Assembly: GCF_030684315.1 (NCBI RefSeq)
Contig: NC_081369.1
Location: 9,772,035-9,836,034, forward strand
Origin: Stegostoma tigrinum
Lineage: Eukaryota
Direction: 5' to 3'
Length of the DNA stretch: 64,000 bases
Position 1 is the first letter of the stretch; every line of letters begins with the position of its first letter. A model generated the notes under the pieces. The model did not search any database. It was not told the origin of the DNA and saw only the letters and a program-made list of their open reading frames with translations. Positions 52,733 through 63,911 of the stretch are shown here, piece by piece. The translations under genes and the position numbers were made by a program.

Positions 52733-52822
52733 ATGATAGACAGACAGAGAAACCGCCAAGAAAATTAATGTGCTCCATGAAGGAGTTAGAGATTTGACAA
52801 TCTGTTGAGGCTGATAAATGAT
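52733..52822 (-). pseudogene. OGFOD1: OGFOD1 pseudo-exon 6
   Basis: Acceptor gtcttttacag; DH[+1]YQPQQIVKSLTPSWSTLIFLAVSLSVYH (cf. [31 protein letters not shown]). Confidence 0.85.
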
Positions 52823-53599
52823 CTGTAAAAGACAACTAATTGAGTTGCGTGATTATAAGGCTAAAATTCCAAGTCATAAAAGTAGGGTAAATTTATTTAA
52901 TTGCTATTTATAACTTGTGATACAATTTTGTGTCCATCTCACATTACAGTCATGAGACACAAGCTTCTGTCCGCCACTACCTCCAATTCTGCTCTAACCT
53001 TAAATTTGAGTCTGCAAGTGAAATAAAGCCAAATCAATCTAAGCATTATCTATATCTAGATCAGAGGCTGGAAAGTTTCAACCACAATGCAGAATTGAGA
53101 TTCAAGTTGAATTTCAGGTAATTGGTTAGAATTCTAAACTAGCTTTTCAACCTCCCCACCTTCAAATGAGGAGGGATTAGTCTTTGAAATCTTCCCCCAG
53201 TTAGTGATACAAAAAAAAGAGGTTTCTGACATAATCCCTTGTACATAGACAGTGGCATTCTAGACACCTTCCATGTGATTTCTCCCATTTTCCTAAAACA
53301 AACATTTTGCATTTTCTCAATTTAATTCTTTCTACAACAATACTCATTATTGACCCAGATTTTCCACCAGGGTCAGAAAATTTATTTGCACCCCTGGTTG
53401 TATTTGACCTGATTAAGATATGTTTAGATGGTTTCCAAGCTGGAAATTCCCGGATGGAGCTTCCAGCCTGACCAGAAATCAATGAATCTATCAGCAAAGT
53501 GAGCCTTGGTAAAAGCCATGCCCTGTTTGCAAACAATTAGTGTCTAGTACTCCTCATTTAATGTTCAGCCACTTTGACAACTGCTGTAAAAGGGTGAGA

Positions 53600-54180
53600 A
53601 TGTAAGGCAAGTGTGGAGTCAAGATGGCAGTCGGTTAATGGGTAAGGTGCCAGGCAGGTGATGGAATGCTAAGGTTAGGTTGGTGTTAGTAATTGTGGTG
53701 GCAGGACCAATGGTTGGGGGGGAAGAAAGAGGACAGTGAGGGCCAGTGGCAGGAGGATGGATCAAGCCGGGGGGGGGTGGGGTGGTGGTTGATCCAGAAG
53801 TGGGGGACTAAATGATGACATCTGAAGAGAGTTGGAGGGTCAGTTAACATAGGTAGATGCCAGATGTCAAGTCCTGGGGTGTTCTGACCACCGGGGGGGG
53901 GTGGAGGTGGCGGCTATTGGGTCAGGGAGTATCAGGCTAACAGTCAGGGGTGGGTATCAGGTCCAAGACATTCAGATGAGCTCCTGAAGATGCAACCCAG
54001 CCAATAGATTGTGGGAGAGTCAGGCCGGTGGCAAAGGATGTCAGCTCTGGGGCTTCAAGTCTATCGAGGGTCAGGTTCTGGGTTTTCAGGCCAGGGATAT
54101 TTGTCAGGGTGATTTAAGGAAGTGATGTTGGCAAGGATTGGGGTGGTGGAGGGGAGGTGGTTGAATATTGAGTTAGGGAA
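53600..54180 (+). repeat. G-skewed low-complexity tract
   Basis: Many G-runs (up to 9 G) and recurrent GGTCAG/TCAGG. Confidence 0.55.
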
Positions 54181-54779
54181 TAAATTTAACACTTACCTGG
54201 GAGTTAGAGTCGGTCTTTAATCCTCAAACTTTTCGCAGGTAATTATTATAACTGATTTGGAGCCCACCAAATTCTTTGATGGTCTGACTCTTTCAGAGAT
54301 TTCTAGGGGTAGGAAAATGCCAATCAGAATCCTCAATTTACGAGATAATTCTCATGGATTCTGCTGTGTCTGGGATTCTGCAAGTTCCCAATGCACATCT
54401 CAATCCATTCTGCTTCCAGCAACTCTCTGGTTATGAGAATATCTGAGCCTCGAATTCTGAATTCCATTAGAAGCTTACCCAAGTCTCATGAGATACATTT
54501 ATCCTAATGTAACCTCACTGTCCAAAAAGACCCCAAATACTACCAAGAGTATTAATTCATATTACTTGCATTTTCACAGGTGCATTGTGGTAACACAATG
54601 GTTACGCCCAGCATTCAGTCCCAGGACATCCACAAACTTGCAAATCTCAACAACTGCCGTTAAGTTCAACATAAAACTTAAAGCCAGAATTATGATGGCA
54701 GTCAGGTAAACATTTCTGGGATGTAGGCATTACTGGGTCAGGGTTAAAGTTGGAGCATATAATTATTAATCCTACTTAG

Positions 54780-54896
54780 CATCTGCACCACAAAGGTCCA
54801 AATTTCCACTGTCCCATGCTCCCCATTTAGGAACAAGACACAGGATGAACACTATCCTCCACTCTTCTAATTCATCATCGAGATGGAGCAACACAT
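54780..54896 (-). pseudogene. OGFOD1: OGFOD1 pseudo-exon 5 (HxD exon)
   Basis: DVLLHLDDELEEWRIVFILCLVPKWGAWDSGNLDLCGAD (cf. [25 protein letters not shown]...GTLDLYSID); iron-binding His is now Leu; donor reads CTAAGT instead of GTAAGT. Confidence 0.88.
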
Positions 54897-55649
54897 CTGC
54901 AACAGCATGGGTTTAAATTTCAGCACAGCTTAAGCTTTACAATTGCAGTTTAACAGAGTGACACAACACAATCAGCACGGGCTCAAGTTCCCACAGAAGT
55001 TGAGGTTGCCAAGAATCCTCCTCCTCAATTTTCTGTCAACTGAAGCATGGTAAACCGCAGGTTAAATCACCACCAGTTACCTCCCTCCAATGAGAAAGCA
55101 GTCAGTCTCAGAGGGCTAATGTGACTTAAACTTTTGTTTGTATCCTGTTTCATATGAGAAAGAACATTTTGTGCAAAACATAAATAATGAGGGTCAACAC
55201 CCACAGCTGGTGGATGAAAAATGCTTCCAGGTAAGTCTTAACAGGAAATCTGAGCATTCCTGTGCAAATTCCAACAAAAATTAACATTAGCTCAGCCTAC
55301 TTGACAGCATTCGTTTCTTGTGATCGGAGATCAGGTCTTGCTCCAGTGTATTCCATGCCAATATAGTTGAGTTGTATTGCATGACTGAAGTAGTACACAG
55401 AGTAAGAGTAACATAGCATAGAAACAGGCCCTTCAGCCCAAACTGGTTCATGCTGATCGTCCTCTGGCATAACATCAAATACAGCCCCGTTCTGGGTCTA
55501 GTGAACAACAAGACAGAAAACACTCAGACTGTCCTGATCAGCTATTCCCATTCAAGTAACAACAAAAGGCTGTAAAGTACCCAATAGAAGCTAAGACTCA
55601 TCCTTACAATTTGAGAAGGGCTTCGCTAGAATATTGCAGCTAGCTTAGG

Positions 55650-57360
55650 TCGGATATGTTAGCATGCCAGAAAGATTGTGCATTGGAATGGCAGGTAACT
55701 GCAATGTTGCACTCATTCTTACAGACAGAGTAAAGGTGTTCTACAAAATGGTTACACAATTTATGTTCAGTATTCCCAATATAGGGAAGGCCACATTGTG
55801 AGCAGAGGACAGAGTAGTTAAATTAAAAGAATGACAAGTCTTTATGCTGCTTCACCGAAATGATACGTTTGGAACGTTGGACAGTAAGGTGGTAAAAGTC
55901 ACGTTACATCTTCTGCAAATGCAACAGGGTGGTATAAGGGAGTAGAGATAATAGAATGTGAGGCTGGATGAACACAGCAGGCCCAGCAGCATCTCAGGAG
56001 CACAAAAGCTGACGTTTTGGGCCTAGACCCTTTTGTGCTCCTGAGATGCTGCTGGGCCTGCTGTGTTCATCCAGCCTCACATTTTATTATCTTGGATTCT
56101 CCAGCATCTGCAGTTCCCATTATCACTGGTATAAGGGAGTGTCAGGTATGAAGAAAGATTGGACCAGGTGTCAGAGAGGTTGTGGCCCCTGTAGAATCCT
56201 GGCAAGGAAGGGGAGGGTAAGACGTGTTTGGTGATAGCAACCTGCTGGAGGAAGGTGACCATTTGAATGGAAAAGCTGGCGTGGTAGAAAGTGAGAACAA
56301 AGGGGACTGTTATCATTGTTTGAGGAGGGAGGGCAAGGAATGACAGAAAAATTGGGGGAAATGGTTCAAGAATGACTGAGGCCCCCAACAAAGTAGCTGG
56401 AAATCCTGAGTTGCAGAGAAAGGAGGATGCATCAGATGCATCCTTGTAGAATGCAGCTTCAGCAGTACAGATACAAGAGATAGAGAAACTGGGAGAATGG
56501 AATGTGGTTCTTAGGGAAAGCAATGTAAGACGGAAGTGTAGTCAAGTTAATTGTGGGAATCGTTAGGTTTGTAGTGGATATTAGTGAACAGCCTATCCTT
56601 TTTTAATTTATTCATTCATAGGATTTGGGCTTCACTGGTTTGGCTAGCATTTATTACCCATCCCTAATTTCCCAGAGGGCAGGTAAGAGTCAACTACACA
56701 TTGCTGTGCGTCTGGAGTCACATGTTGGCCAGACCAAGTAAGGATGGCAGCTTCCTTCCCTACAGGACATTAGTGACCCAGATGTTTTTTTCCTAACAAC
56801 CTGCAATGGTGTCATGGTCATCATTAGAATAGAAATTCCAGATTATTGTTGAATTCAAATTCCATCATTTGCCATGGTGGGATTCAAACCTGAGTCCCCA
56901 GAACATTCCCTGGGTCTCTGGATTAACATTCCAGTGACAATACCATGAGGCCATCACCTCCCCTATTCTGAGAAATGGAATTAGAGAAGTCAAGGAAGGG
57001 ACGGAAAGAGTCACAGATGGACAAATTGAAGAGGATGAAAATTGGAAGCAAATTTGATTAAGTTTTCCAACTCCAGGTGACAGCAGGAAGCAGCACTGAT
57101 GTAATTGATGTACTAAGAAAGACGAGTGAGAGGGGGCTCTGAGTAGGACTGGAGCAAGGAATGTTCTGTATATGCCAAAGTGATATCCATAATTGGGATC
57201 TATGCAGGTACCAATAGCTAACACCTTTGGCTTGGAGTAGTGAGGCACGTTAAAAGAGAAATAGTTTGAAGTGAGACTGACTTCAGCCGAGTGAAGGCTA
57301 TTGGTGCTGGATGGTGATTGTTCAGCCTTCCTTTGAGGAAGAAGCAAAGAGCCTTCCAAA
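55650..57360 (-). mobile_element. old decayed PLE with nested mini-PLE and a SINE-like insert (about 56600-56960)
   Basis: Degenerate GIY-YIG, thumb and GTC.GP.Y RT remnants colinear with the younger copies. Confidence 0.6.
55944..56126. mobile_element. palindromic mini-PLE (family A)
   Basis: Inverted arms; 14 bp TSD TGGTATAAGGGAGT (55930-55943, 56127-56140); nested in an older PLE. Confidence 0.88.
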
Positions 57361-58066
57361 AATTTGAACGTGCAGTGGACATGCAGAGAAATTGAACATA
57401 TCGTCTGAAGAAGGGTGCCGACCCTTTTCTGCTCCTCTGATGCTACCTGGCCTGCTGTGTTCCTCTAGCTCCACATGGCATCATCTCTTATTGTAGAGGT
57501 CAAAATAGTGTATGGGGCAAGAACAGTTACTCATAGTATGGGCATAAGGTTTAAATAAACAAATATGACAATTAAGGATTATATTGATCAGTCTGAGCCA
57601 GAGAAAATGCCTGGTACATAAGACCAAAGGAGAAAACATTTTTGGGAAAAGGCAGAAATCATCATATATTTGGAAATGATTCCAAGCATTTGCTCTGAAG
57701 AAACACCCGCTTGCGGAAACCAAAACTAAATCAAAGCAACAATACCTAGGCTTCTGTACAGTAACATAACTGAGATTAATTTACTTCTTAAATTTTTATC
57801 AAGGTATAGTTTACTTTCTGCCATCAACTCTTTCAACTAGCTTATTCATTATTCCATTTCACGCAGTTGTGCAGCAACAGCCTGCTCTCAATGGTGTCAA
57901 CTTCGCTTCCACACTAGCTCCCTCAACATGCACAAAGAATATGCAGGACAATTCAACTTAAAATCAGTGCCGTCACGAGAAAATCTTGCCTGAAAACACA
58001 CTGCATTTCAGTCCAATTATCTAGTTCACTTTGTGTCCTAGAAACGATGTTTTCCCAGTGACTGAC

Positions 58067-58113
58067 CTTAATGCTGAGATGTGATATTCTTCCTTCTTCC
58101 AGGGGTCATCAGA
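58067..58113 (-). pseudogene. OGFOD1: OGFOD1 pseudo-exon 3
   Basis: 47 nt between cctctgacag and gtcagt: SDDPWKKEEYHISALR (cf. SDDLKKRREPHISTLR). Confidence 0.85.
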
Positions 58114-59047
58114 CTGTCAGAGGAATGGAACATATTATTTATGTCTAAAACATCATATTATTTCCACCTGAAAATTTACTTTTTACACCTCTCCCTTAGT
58201 ACCTGCACCTGAAACTTAATTAGTTGTGAATGGTCGCAACCGAAGTCTCACTCTGTCAACTCTGTAGGGAAATCACAAAATCACCAATGTTTACAGACAG
58301 CCATTTCAGACATCTCAATGGATTTTTCTGCCCAGTTTCTGCAACTATGTTACACACTTGCAAATATTTGAAAACTCCCACAGTATACGATCTGCCTTAA
58401 GATATTATATATGACAACTGCAGTGGAAGATGGATAGATTGAACAGGTAATATGTTTGTTGTATATGATTCTGGAAAGGCTTTTTTTAAAAACATCCAAT
58501 CACCTCCCTCTATGTTACTCCAGCATGTCTACTGAACAAAGATTAGCACATGTAACATTACTCCAGGGTTTGCACCCTACTGGGATAACCTCATCTACAT
58601 CATTCCAAGAATATCCTTTCTCGTCAACTCAGGATTTCCAGCTACTTTGCTGGGGGCCTCAGTCATGCTTGAACGGTGACAGCACTTCAAAAGTTGTAAT
58701 GGCTGTAAAAGGCTTCAAAATCATCAGAGGTTGTGACGAGGCATGGTGTAAATGCAAATTTATCAGTTCTTTCCTTCATATTACTTTATTTGTTCAATAC
58801 GTTCACTCCACTTGAGTCCTTCATTATACCATAGTATCTGATCCTTCTGCCATACAGAAAATCTCTTAGCTTTCATTACTCCTGTACAGTCAGAGCACCT
58901 TGAAGTCCTTTCATTCAATAAGTCAGCAAATAATGGAACCATTAACTCCATGGCTCAGTTTGACTGTTGTGCAGATTATCAAAATTTCCTGCCCATTTTG
59001 CTACCTTTCTCCTACCAAACATTTGCTTCACACAATCTCTTTATTAC

Positions 59048-59193
59048 CTGTTTGAATTGATAGAGATCGTTCGACTTTTCACAGAAGTTCACCTGTAGAA
59101 GCTCATCCTGAAGCCCCTCCAGTAATCCGTGTCTCTGGATAGCATTTGGTATCACGCAATGTGCAAATGGCTGTGTGTCCACTGGAACAAAGA
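59048..59193 (-). pseudogene. OGFOD1: OGFOD1 pseudo-exon 2
   Basis: VDTQPFAHCVIPNAIQRHGLLEGLQDELLQVNFCEKSNDLYQFKQ (cf. DPFLHCVIPNFIQ...FHEKYNDLYKFQQ); donor CAG|GTAAT; 5' boundary uncertain (in-frame AG at 59183-59182). Confidence 0.88.
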
Positions 59194-61111
59194 TTCCACT
59201 AAATACCTTGGCAAGGAGCAGTTTTGTTAACAAACTATAACAGAAATGTAATATTTTATTAACATTAAGCACTTGTAAAAGTAAAACATAAATTAATCGA
59301 TTAGCCCCTTAAAGGCTACGAAGAAGAAATATCTATACACTATTTCAATGGTATTCTCTCATTTATGACCTGGTTTGACTGGAATTTTCTAGGTTAGATA
59401 TGATGAGCTTTCTTTCTAGCCATTAGCGTTGGAATGCACAAATTGGGGCAGTCAGTTCATTTACACTTTCCTTTAAATCAAAACATACTCAAATTTAAAA
59501 TATGTTCAAAAAGCATAATAGGCTTCTTGTGCATTTTATGGCATAGGTTCGGCACAGGAGTTGCACCCAACTGTTTAACCCAACCCTGCTGAGGCTGCGA
59601 CCTCTGGAAAACTTCACACCACTTCTCTCCAAAGGCAATCATGCACCTGATGCCAGATCCACACTGCAATCTTAGTGACAATAGCATATCTGAGCTTGCT
59701 TCTCAGTGTTTCTACATTTAATACAGAAATCCATCATACATGTATATAAAACCAACCCTAGACTTGATGCCTTAAACTTTGTTTCCAGCCCTTAAGGTGT
59801 GACGACGCCACTGGCCTGCCAGAAACATCCATTTTCTCTAACTTCTGGCATCTTGTCTACCCGCTGACCTTTTTGTCCATGTTGCTAGATTTTGAGGCTC
59901 CATTACATTTCCTCATTAAATACTTGATGTGTTCTGGCAAGCCATTTCGTAAGACAACATATCATTTGTCTCTTGAAAAATCCAGAAACAGATCTTAACA
60001 CATTCCTTTCTCCATCCAGCTATCTCTGCCAACCTAAATCCCATGAAGTTTGCAAAACATGACATTCATTTAACAAATTCAAGCTGATTGCCCTTGATTA
60101 GCCCACACATTTCTGAATGTTCACCAGTTACATCTTGAATTGTCATCTATCCAATTAGATAGACACAGATAACGTTTCCCACACAAGCTCTCAAACAAAC
60201 TTCAGGCATAAATGACCAGTTCATTTATTTTTAGTGGAGTGATTAAGGGATAAATGTTGCTTGGGACAGTAGTCGAACTCCATGCTCCATCACAACTGAT
60301 GCAGTCAGCTTTAAACTTCACCGAACACAAGCTGTGGATTTCATTGCTATCAGTGAAGCAACAGCACTCACTACTGACCTCATAGGAAGCTGCATACAAT
60401 TATAAACTAATTTATTAGGTATGGCTTTCCACTTTCTCAACATTAATCTGAATCTGGTGCCAAATCCAAAATCTAGCAGTGATATTGTTGAGAATGGTAA
60501 CCAGACTGTAATATTCTCAACCACAGGAAATTAGCAAGAAAAATGCAGTCAAATTTTTACCCTTGATCAAAACTTTGCTGAAAGCAAAATAAATTATTGG
60601 AAAATATACATGAGATGTAACTGTAAACTGCAAAGATAACTTGCTTTAAACATAAAACGTTTTAAAAGTTAATAAATTTAGCAATCCACAAATATAAAAA
60701 ATTAGTTTTCCACTGACACTGAAGCTATTCAGTAATTTGAGAGTGGGAGATCAGATCTTAGTCAGCAAAGTGTAACCTTGTCAACAGTTTTTACAGCGAT
60801 ATTAAGTACAAATTTGTCAGTTCAGAAGCTCATTGATTGCCGATCAGGGAACTTCAACAGCGTACCCTGTAGGGAAATGAAATCACGAACAGCAACTTGA
60901 GCACTTCATCATGTTACTGCGCACATGCAAAATTCAGATATTCCTATTAATATCCAAAACTCAAAAGATGCCTAACGTTGTTAGCTCAGTTGCAAATACG
61001 GTCACAAAAAAATACGGCTAACGTGTCATCTCAAACCAGCACGTCACCAATAAACCACTATCAATACTGTATTAAGTACTTTAAACATTAAAACAAAGTC
61101 ACTTGACCCCT

Positions 61112-62642
61112 GATAATAAAATGTGAGGCTGGATGAACACAGCAGGCCAAGCAGCATCTCAGGAGCACAAAAGCTGACGTTTCGGGCCTAGACCCTTCAT
61201 CAGAGAGGGGGATGGGGAGAGGGAACTGGAATAAATAGGGAGAGAGCGGGGAGGTGGACCAAAGATGGAGAGTAAAGAAGATAGGTGGAGAGGTAGGGAG
61301 GGGATAGGTCAGTCCAGGGAAGACGGACAGGTCAAGGAGGTGGGATGAGGTTAGTAGGTAGATGGGGGTGCGGCTTGGGGTGGGAGGAAGGGATGGGTGA
61401 GAGGAAGAACCGGTTAGGGAGGCAGAGACAGGTTGGACTGGTTTTGGGATGCGGGGGGGCGGGGGGAAGAGCTGGGCTGGTTGTGTGGTGCACTGGGGAC
61501 AGGGGACGAACTGGGCTGGTTTAGGGATGCAGTAGGGGAAGGGGAGATTTTGAAACTGGTGAAGTCCACATTGATACCATTAGGCTGCAGGGTTCCCAGG
61601 CAGAATATGAGTTGCTGTTCCTGCAACCTTCGGGTGGCATCATTGTGGCACTGCAGGAGGCCCATGACGGGCATGTCATCTAGAGAACGGGAGGGGGAGT
61701 GGAAATGGTTTGCGACTGGGAGGTGCAGTTGTTTGTTGCGAACTGAGCGGAGGTGTTCTGCAAAGCGGTCTCCAAGCCTCCGCTTGGTTTCCCCAATGTA
61801 GAGGAAGCCACACCGGGTACAGTGGATGCAGTATACCACCTTGGCAGATGTGCAGGTGAACCTCTGCTTAATGTGGAATGTCATCTTGGGGCATGGGATA
61901 GGGGTGAGGAGGTGTGGGGGTAAGTGTAGCATTTCCTGCGGTTGCAGGGGAAGGTGCCGGGTGTGGTGGGGTTGGAGGGCAGCGTGGAGCGAACAAGGGA
62001 GTCACGGAGAGAGTGGTCTCTCCGGAAAGCAGACAGGGGTGGGGATGGAAAAATGTCTTGGGTGGTGGGGTCGGATTGTAAATGGCGGAAGTGTCGGAGG
62101 ATGATGCGTTGTATCCGGAGGTTGGTAGGGTGGTGTGTGAGAACGAGGGGGATCCTCTTTGGGCGGTTGTGGCGGGGGCGGGGTGTGAGGGATGTGTTGC
62201 GGGAAATGCGGGAGACGCGGTCAAGGGTGTTCTCGATGACTGTGGGGGGAAAGTTGCGGTCCTTGAAGAACTTGGACATCTGGGATGTGCAGGAGTGGAA
62301 TGTCGTATCGTGGGAGCAGATGCGGCGGAGGCGGAGGAATTGGGAATAGGGGATGGAATTTTTGCAGGAGGGTGGGTGGGAGGAGGTGTATTCTAGGTAG
62401 CTGTGGGAGTCGGTGGGCTTGAAATGGACATCAGTTACAAGCTGGTTGGAGACTGAGAGGTCCAGGAAGGTGAGGGATGTGCTGGAGATGGCCCAGGTGA
62501 ACTGAAGGTTGGGGAAGGTGTTGAAGTGGATGAACTGTTCGAGCTCCTCTGGGAAGCAAGAGGCGGCGCCGATACAGTCATCAATGTACCAGAGGAAGAG
62601 GTGGGGTTTGGGGCCTGTGTAGGTGCGGAAGAGGGACTGTTC
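61112..62642 (-). mobile_element. Penelope-like element (family A), 5'-truncated, RT C-terminus + GIY-YIG endonuclease + pLTR
   Basis: YIDDCIG RT motif; VVYCIHCTRCGFLYIGETKRRLGDRFAEH GIY-YIG/CCHH region; one frameshift near 61905; 12 bp TSD CACTTGACCCCT (61100-61111, 62643-62654). Confidence 0.92.
61173..61206 (-). ncRNA. minimal hammerhead ribozyme motif in PLE pLTR
   Basis: Same intact CTGATGAAGGGTCTAGGCCCGAAACGTC on the coding strand of the element. Confidence 0.6.
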
Positions 62643-62789
62643 CACTTGACCCCTACTGTTAATTCTGCTTTCTCTCCAAAGATGCTGCCAGGCCTGCTGA
62701 GTTTTTTTCCAGCAATATCTGTGTTTGTTTCTGCATTGTACTTCATCTTCTGGCCAACACAGGAGAACATCCACTGAACTAACACAGCA

Positions 62790-63250
62790 TTTGCATTGTT
62801 TCGCGGGCTCGGTTACTCTGAGCTCCCCTTTTTTCCAGCCTACTACCCTCCCTTGGCTGTTATGCAAACCGTCGCTTCCTCTCACCATGTGAGTACTCGA
62901 GTCCCCGGCTCCAGGCCTCGCTCACTCGCTCCTTCGTTTTCAACAGTAATGAGTTCAGCTCCGCAAGCTCCCTCTCCTTTAGCTGTCTCTTCCCTCCGAC
63001 CCACTTCGCACCCTCTTGGAGCTCATTCCCAGCCCGTAACAGATGTTCTAAACTCAGAGAATCACCTGCGGTCGCTGTCTCGCCTCGGACTACATTTCCC
63101 GGCAACTCGCGGTTCGCCAATTGAAACTGTTCTTTCCTGCAACAGCGCCACCTGCAGACTGCAGCGGTGTTGAATTCTCCAGAGAGCGGCAGACAGTGGA
63201 GTGGTGAGATAGTGCATTCCTGTGGCAGCAGGCGGGACTGCAGCCACTCT
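62790..63250 (-). promoter_or_regulatory. CpG-island promoter of the OGFOD1 copy with ZNF143/THAP11-type and CTCF-type motifs
   Basis: CpG-dense around exon 1; GGACTACATTTCCCGGCAAC at 63087-63106 resembles the ACTACAnTTCCCAG motif; CAGCGCCACCTGCAGA at 63143-63158 resembles the CTCF core. Confidence 0.6.
62886..63026 (-). pseudogene. OGFOD1: OGFOD1 pseudo-exon 1
   Basis: ATG at 63026 gives MSSKRVRSGS then an early TAA; a shifted frame gives KERELAELNSLLLKTKERVSEAWSRGLEYSH (cf. KKEVMAEFS...QVAEAWSRRTPFSH); donor G|GTGAG. Confidence 0.8.
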
Positions 63251-63511
63251 GATTATATTGTCTCTTGCTGCCCTTATTTTCAATCAAACTGTTCAAGTGG
63301 TTATGACACACCTCCGGTGAAGGTGAGATTTGAACACGGAAAGCCAATGCCAGAGGGAGGGACACTACTACTCCATCATGTGCCATTGAAGGTGCTGTTG
63401 AAGGAGCTTTGGTGCATTGCTACAGTGCATGTTAGATAATAAACCCCACAGACACTGTGTGGTTGTCAAAAGACGGACTGTTGAAGGTGGTCGGCAGGGT
63501 GATAATCAAAC

Positions 63512-63828
63512 AGGCATGGTAGCACAGTGGTTAGCACTGCTGCCTCACAGTACCAGAGATCTGGGTTCGATTCTAGCCTTGGGTGACTCTCTGTGTGGAG
63601 TTTGCATATTCACCCCATGTCTGCATGAGTTTCTCCTTGGTGCCCTGGTTACCTCCCACAGTCCAAAGATGTGCAGGCTAGGTGAATTGGCCATGCAAAA
63701 TTGCCCATAGTGTTCAAGGAGGTGCAGATTGGGGGTTGGGTTTGGGTGGGATGTTCTGAGGTTTGGTGGGGACTTGTTGGGCCAAAGGGCCTGTTTCCAC
63801 AATGTAGGGATTCTAATTCTAATTCTAT
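63512..63828 (+). mobile_element. HE1-type V-SINE
   Basis: A/B boxes, V-domain, (ATTCTA)n tail. Confidence 0.85.
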
Positions 63829-63911
63829 TTTTCCTGGATGATCTCAAACTTGCTGAATGACTTTGGAGCTGCGCTTATCCAGGCAGATGATTTGTCATCC
63901 ATCACACTGTT

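Larger units (their letters stand above)
27665..63026 (-). pseudogene. OGFOD1: unprocessed (intron-containing) pseudogene of OGFOD1, 2OG/Fe(II) prolyl 3-hydroxylase of RPS23
   Basis: Eleven colinear exons match recalled vertebrate OGFOD1 from MSSKR...EAWSR to [11 protein letters not shown]; multiple frameshifts, in-frame stops, two broken donors and catalytic His lost. Exon numbers below are inferred from that colinearity. Confidence 0.92.

Noticed and set aside
57890-57990. OGFOD1 exon 4 remnant
   Set aside because: Good acceptor (tgtgttttcag) in the expected place, but the translation does not convincingly match KILFEDFRSWL...SCAKY; exons 4 and 9 were left unassigned.
61881-62888. 335 aa ORF as a host-PLE fusion gene
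   Set aside because: The N-terminal part is chance open frame across the OGFOD1 exon 1 donor and intron before entering a truncated PLE; the endonuclease is frameshifted.
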